This document shows positions 24,511-26,398 of a stretch of 26,398 bases of DNA, piece after piece (positions within the stretch are counted from its first letter, which is position 1; every line of letters begins with the position of its first letter). The stretch comes from a virus (lineage: Duplodnaviria; Heunggongvirae; Uroviricota; Caudoviricetes), in the IMG/VR virus record IMGVR_UViG_2534681993_000012; one strand, 5' to 3'. Under the pieces are notes generated by a model. It searched no databases and was not told the DNA's origin. It saw nothing but the letters and a program-made list of their open reading frames with translations. The position numbers and the translations under genes were made by a program.

Positions 24511-26398
24511 ATGACGGTCTCAACCGAAGTTGACCACAACGAATACACCGGTAACGGTGTTACAACGACATTCCCTTATACCTTCAGGATTTTTAAGAAG
24601 TCTGATCTGGTAGTCCAGGTTGTAGACCTGAACGATAACATCACTGTTCTGACGCTAGATACTGACTACACAGTAACCGGCGCAGGTGGGTATGTAGGTG
24701 GTAATGTAATACTGGCAACAGCTCTTGCTAATGGTTACCAGATTTCCATATCACGTGAATTGCCGGTTACGCAGGAAACGGATCTCCGTAACCAGGGTAA
24801 GTTCTTTGCTGAGGTGCATGAGGATGCGCTTGATAAGTTGACAATGTTGATTCAGCAGGTTCGTAGTTGGTTTAGCCTGGCGCTACGTAAGCCGTCATTT
24901 GCTGCTAACTATTACGACGCAATGGACAACTATATTCGTAATCTTCGTGCCCCATCCAGGCCGAAAGACGCAGCAACGAAAGATTATGTTGATATTCTTT
25001 CTGGTGCCAGCCTAAGCAGAAGCTTGAGAGTACCTGAATCGTTTATAAATGAGTTACCTGATGCGGATGGGAGAAAGAATAAAACACTGAGTTTTGATAA
25101 TTCTGGATCACCGCTTCTTCTTGATCCTGAAAGTAGTGGGTTATGGGGATATTCCCTTATTGATTCGTTTCAGGATGGTGCTTCAATAACAACTAGATTT
25201 CAGGCACTTCACTGGAAACGTCCTGATGGAAATGGCGAGTACTACCGTTGGGATGGATCTTTACCAAAAGATGTTCCTGAGAATTCAACCCCTGAATCAA
25301 CAGGTGGGGTTTCCCTTGGTGCCTGGGTATCTGTAGGGGATGCATCGTTGCGGAGCGACCTGATTAGTCAAGAGACAGATAAAGGCTCCTCAATAGTTAC
25401 ATATACCCCTAAATTTAATGATGCCGTCTCGATGTCGGTATATGAAAAACTTTCTGTAGATTTGGTGACACTTTCAGACTACGGATTTAAAGTTGGCAAC
25501 ACCGGTGCTCAGAACAAAGCGGCGTTTCAGAAGGCTATTGATGATGCTACGTTGCCAACTGAGATTGTTATACCAGAGGGGGTGTTCATTGTTGACCCTG
25601 GTATTACGATTAAGAATACTGTCACCATGATACGAGGTGCTGGCGCATATCAGTCCAGAATTTTCTCTACGGGTACAGCGGCACCGATAATCACGCAACA
25701 AGATGGAGTAATTACGTTCTGCGAGTTCAGGGACTTTGGTCTTGACGGAAATGGCTACGCAGCTAACGGCATCAGTCTTACTGAAGCCAACCACATTAAA
25801 ATAGAAAATATTGACGTGGTTAATACTAATAACAACGCAATATTAGTTAACGGTTACTCCATTGACATCATTGGGTGCCGATTGTTTCAAAACACCGGTA
25901 ACGGTATTAATGTTGGTGGCCACTGCAATAATATTAATATAATCAACAACCGTATCTATGGTAACGGAGCCGGTGGAGTTTTACTTACGCCAGCTTACGC
26001 TGAGGGCGGTATGAGCGTCAGAGTTAATGGCAACGATATAGAGCAAAATAAGTTCTACGGACTTTTGGCTTACGGGGTTAAAGGCCTTAACCTTGATGCT
26101 AACTATTGGGAACGCAACGGTGAGATTGGTTACCAGTATAGTGTACCTGAGTCTATTACAGTACGTGCGGATATCCACCTTATCGCGAACAATTTTACAT
26201 TAATTCCTGACCTTTCAAAAATTAATGATACCGTATCTATTCGCGGGAATCAGCAGACCGCGATTGGCTACGCCAGCGCGCTACCTAACCAAGACGGATT
26301 TATTTTCACGAACTATGCGAAAAACCTGACGATTGAAAATAATCAGTTATTAGACGCATCGAAAGTGAATAATTTATTAGCAATGTACCACAATAATA
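24511..26398 (+). CDS. tailspike protein (3'-truncated by window end): conserved N-terminal particle-binding domain plus right-handed beta-helix receptor-binding or depolymerase domain
   Basis: ATG 24511 follows GGAG; open to the window end (about 629 codons). N-terminus MTVSTEVDHNEYTGNGVTTTFPYTF...; C-terminal part has parallel beta-helix repeats (IIGCRLFQNTGNGINVGGHCNNINIINNRIYGNGAGGV). AT-richer than the virion operon. Confidence 0.85.
   Translation, partial: MTVSTEVDHNEYTGNGVTTTFPYTFRIFKKSDLVVQVVDLNDNITVLTLDTDYTVTGAGGYVGGNVILATALANGYQISISRELPVTQETDLRNQGKFFAEVHEDALDKLTMLIQQVRSWFSLALRKPSFAANYYDAMDNYIRNLRAPSRPKDAATKDYVDILSGASLSRSLRVPESFINELPDADGRKNKTLSFDNSGSPLLLDPESSGLWGYSLIDSFQDGASITTRFQALHWKRPDGNGEYYRWDGSLPKDVPENSTPESTGGVSLGAWVSVGDASLRSDLISQETDKGSSIVTYTPKFNDAVSMSVYEKLSVDLVTLSDYGFKVGNTGAQNKAAFQKAIDDATLPTEIVIPEGVFIVDPGITIKNTVTMIRGAGAYQSRIFSTGTAAPIITQQDGVITFCEFRDFGLDGNGYAANGISLTEANHIKIENIDVVNTNNNAILVNGYSIDIIGCRLFQNTGNGINVGGHCNNINIINNRIYGNGAGGVLLTPAYAEGGMSVRVNGNDIEQNKFYGLLAYGVKGLNLDANYWERNGEIGYQYSVPESITVRADIHLIANNFTLIPDLSKINDTVSIRGNQQTAIGYASALPNQDGFIFTNYAKNLTIENNQLLDASKVNNLLAMYHNN

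Noticed and set aside
1-26398. CRISPR arrays or other tandem repeat arrays
   Set aside because: No regularly spaced direct repeats were seen; the only repeats are the operator dyads, the 16-bp palindrome pair, the terS-proximal direct repeats and the IS2 target duplication.

Overview
This window is the late (packaging and virion) region of a temperate, short-tailed (podovirus-type) prophage in an enterobacterial host, with a mobile element and two accessory islands inserted. The + strand carries one tightly coupled operon, with stop/start overlaps (TAATG, TGATG, ATGA) at most junctions: small ORF, terminase small and large subunits, portal, scaffold, major capsid, small head proteins, three very large virion/ejection proteins (823, 915, 1129 aa) and, at the right edge, the 5' part of a tailspike. 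Gene sizes and order resemble what I recall of epsilon15/phiV10-like phages; this is unverified. Two AT-rich accessory islands are encoded on the opposite strand. Island 1 (2.6-3.8 kb) holds a membrane/coiled-coil protein and a tRNA-Arg(UCU) with tandem terminators. Island 2 (19.6-24.5 kb) holds a secreted protein, a gene split by an IS2 copy with intact 5-bp target duplication, a small secreted Cys peptide, an overlapping 108/170-aa operon of unknown function, a BRO-N antirepressor, and a short paralogue of its C-terminal domain behind a near-consensus LexA box. The most striking signal is a 15-bp dyad, TTACCT-N3-AGGTAA, present five times and only in the accessory islands, in operator-like positions; its core matches the MqsA-type palindrome as I recall it. 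The best candidates for an undescribed system are the 108/170-aa operon and the membrane/coiled-coil protein, both sitting behind this dyad. All functional calls rest on reading the translations and motifs by eye; no database search was possible.
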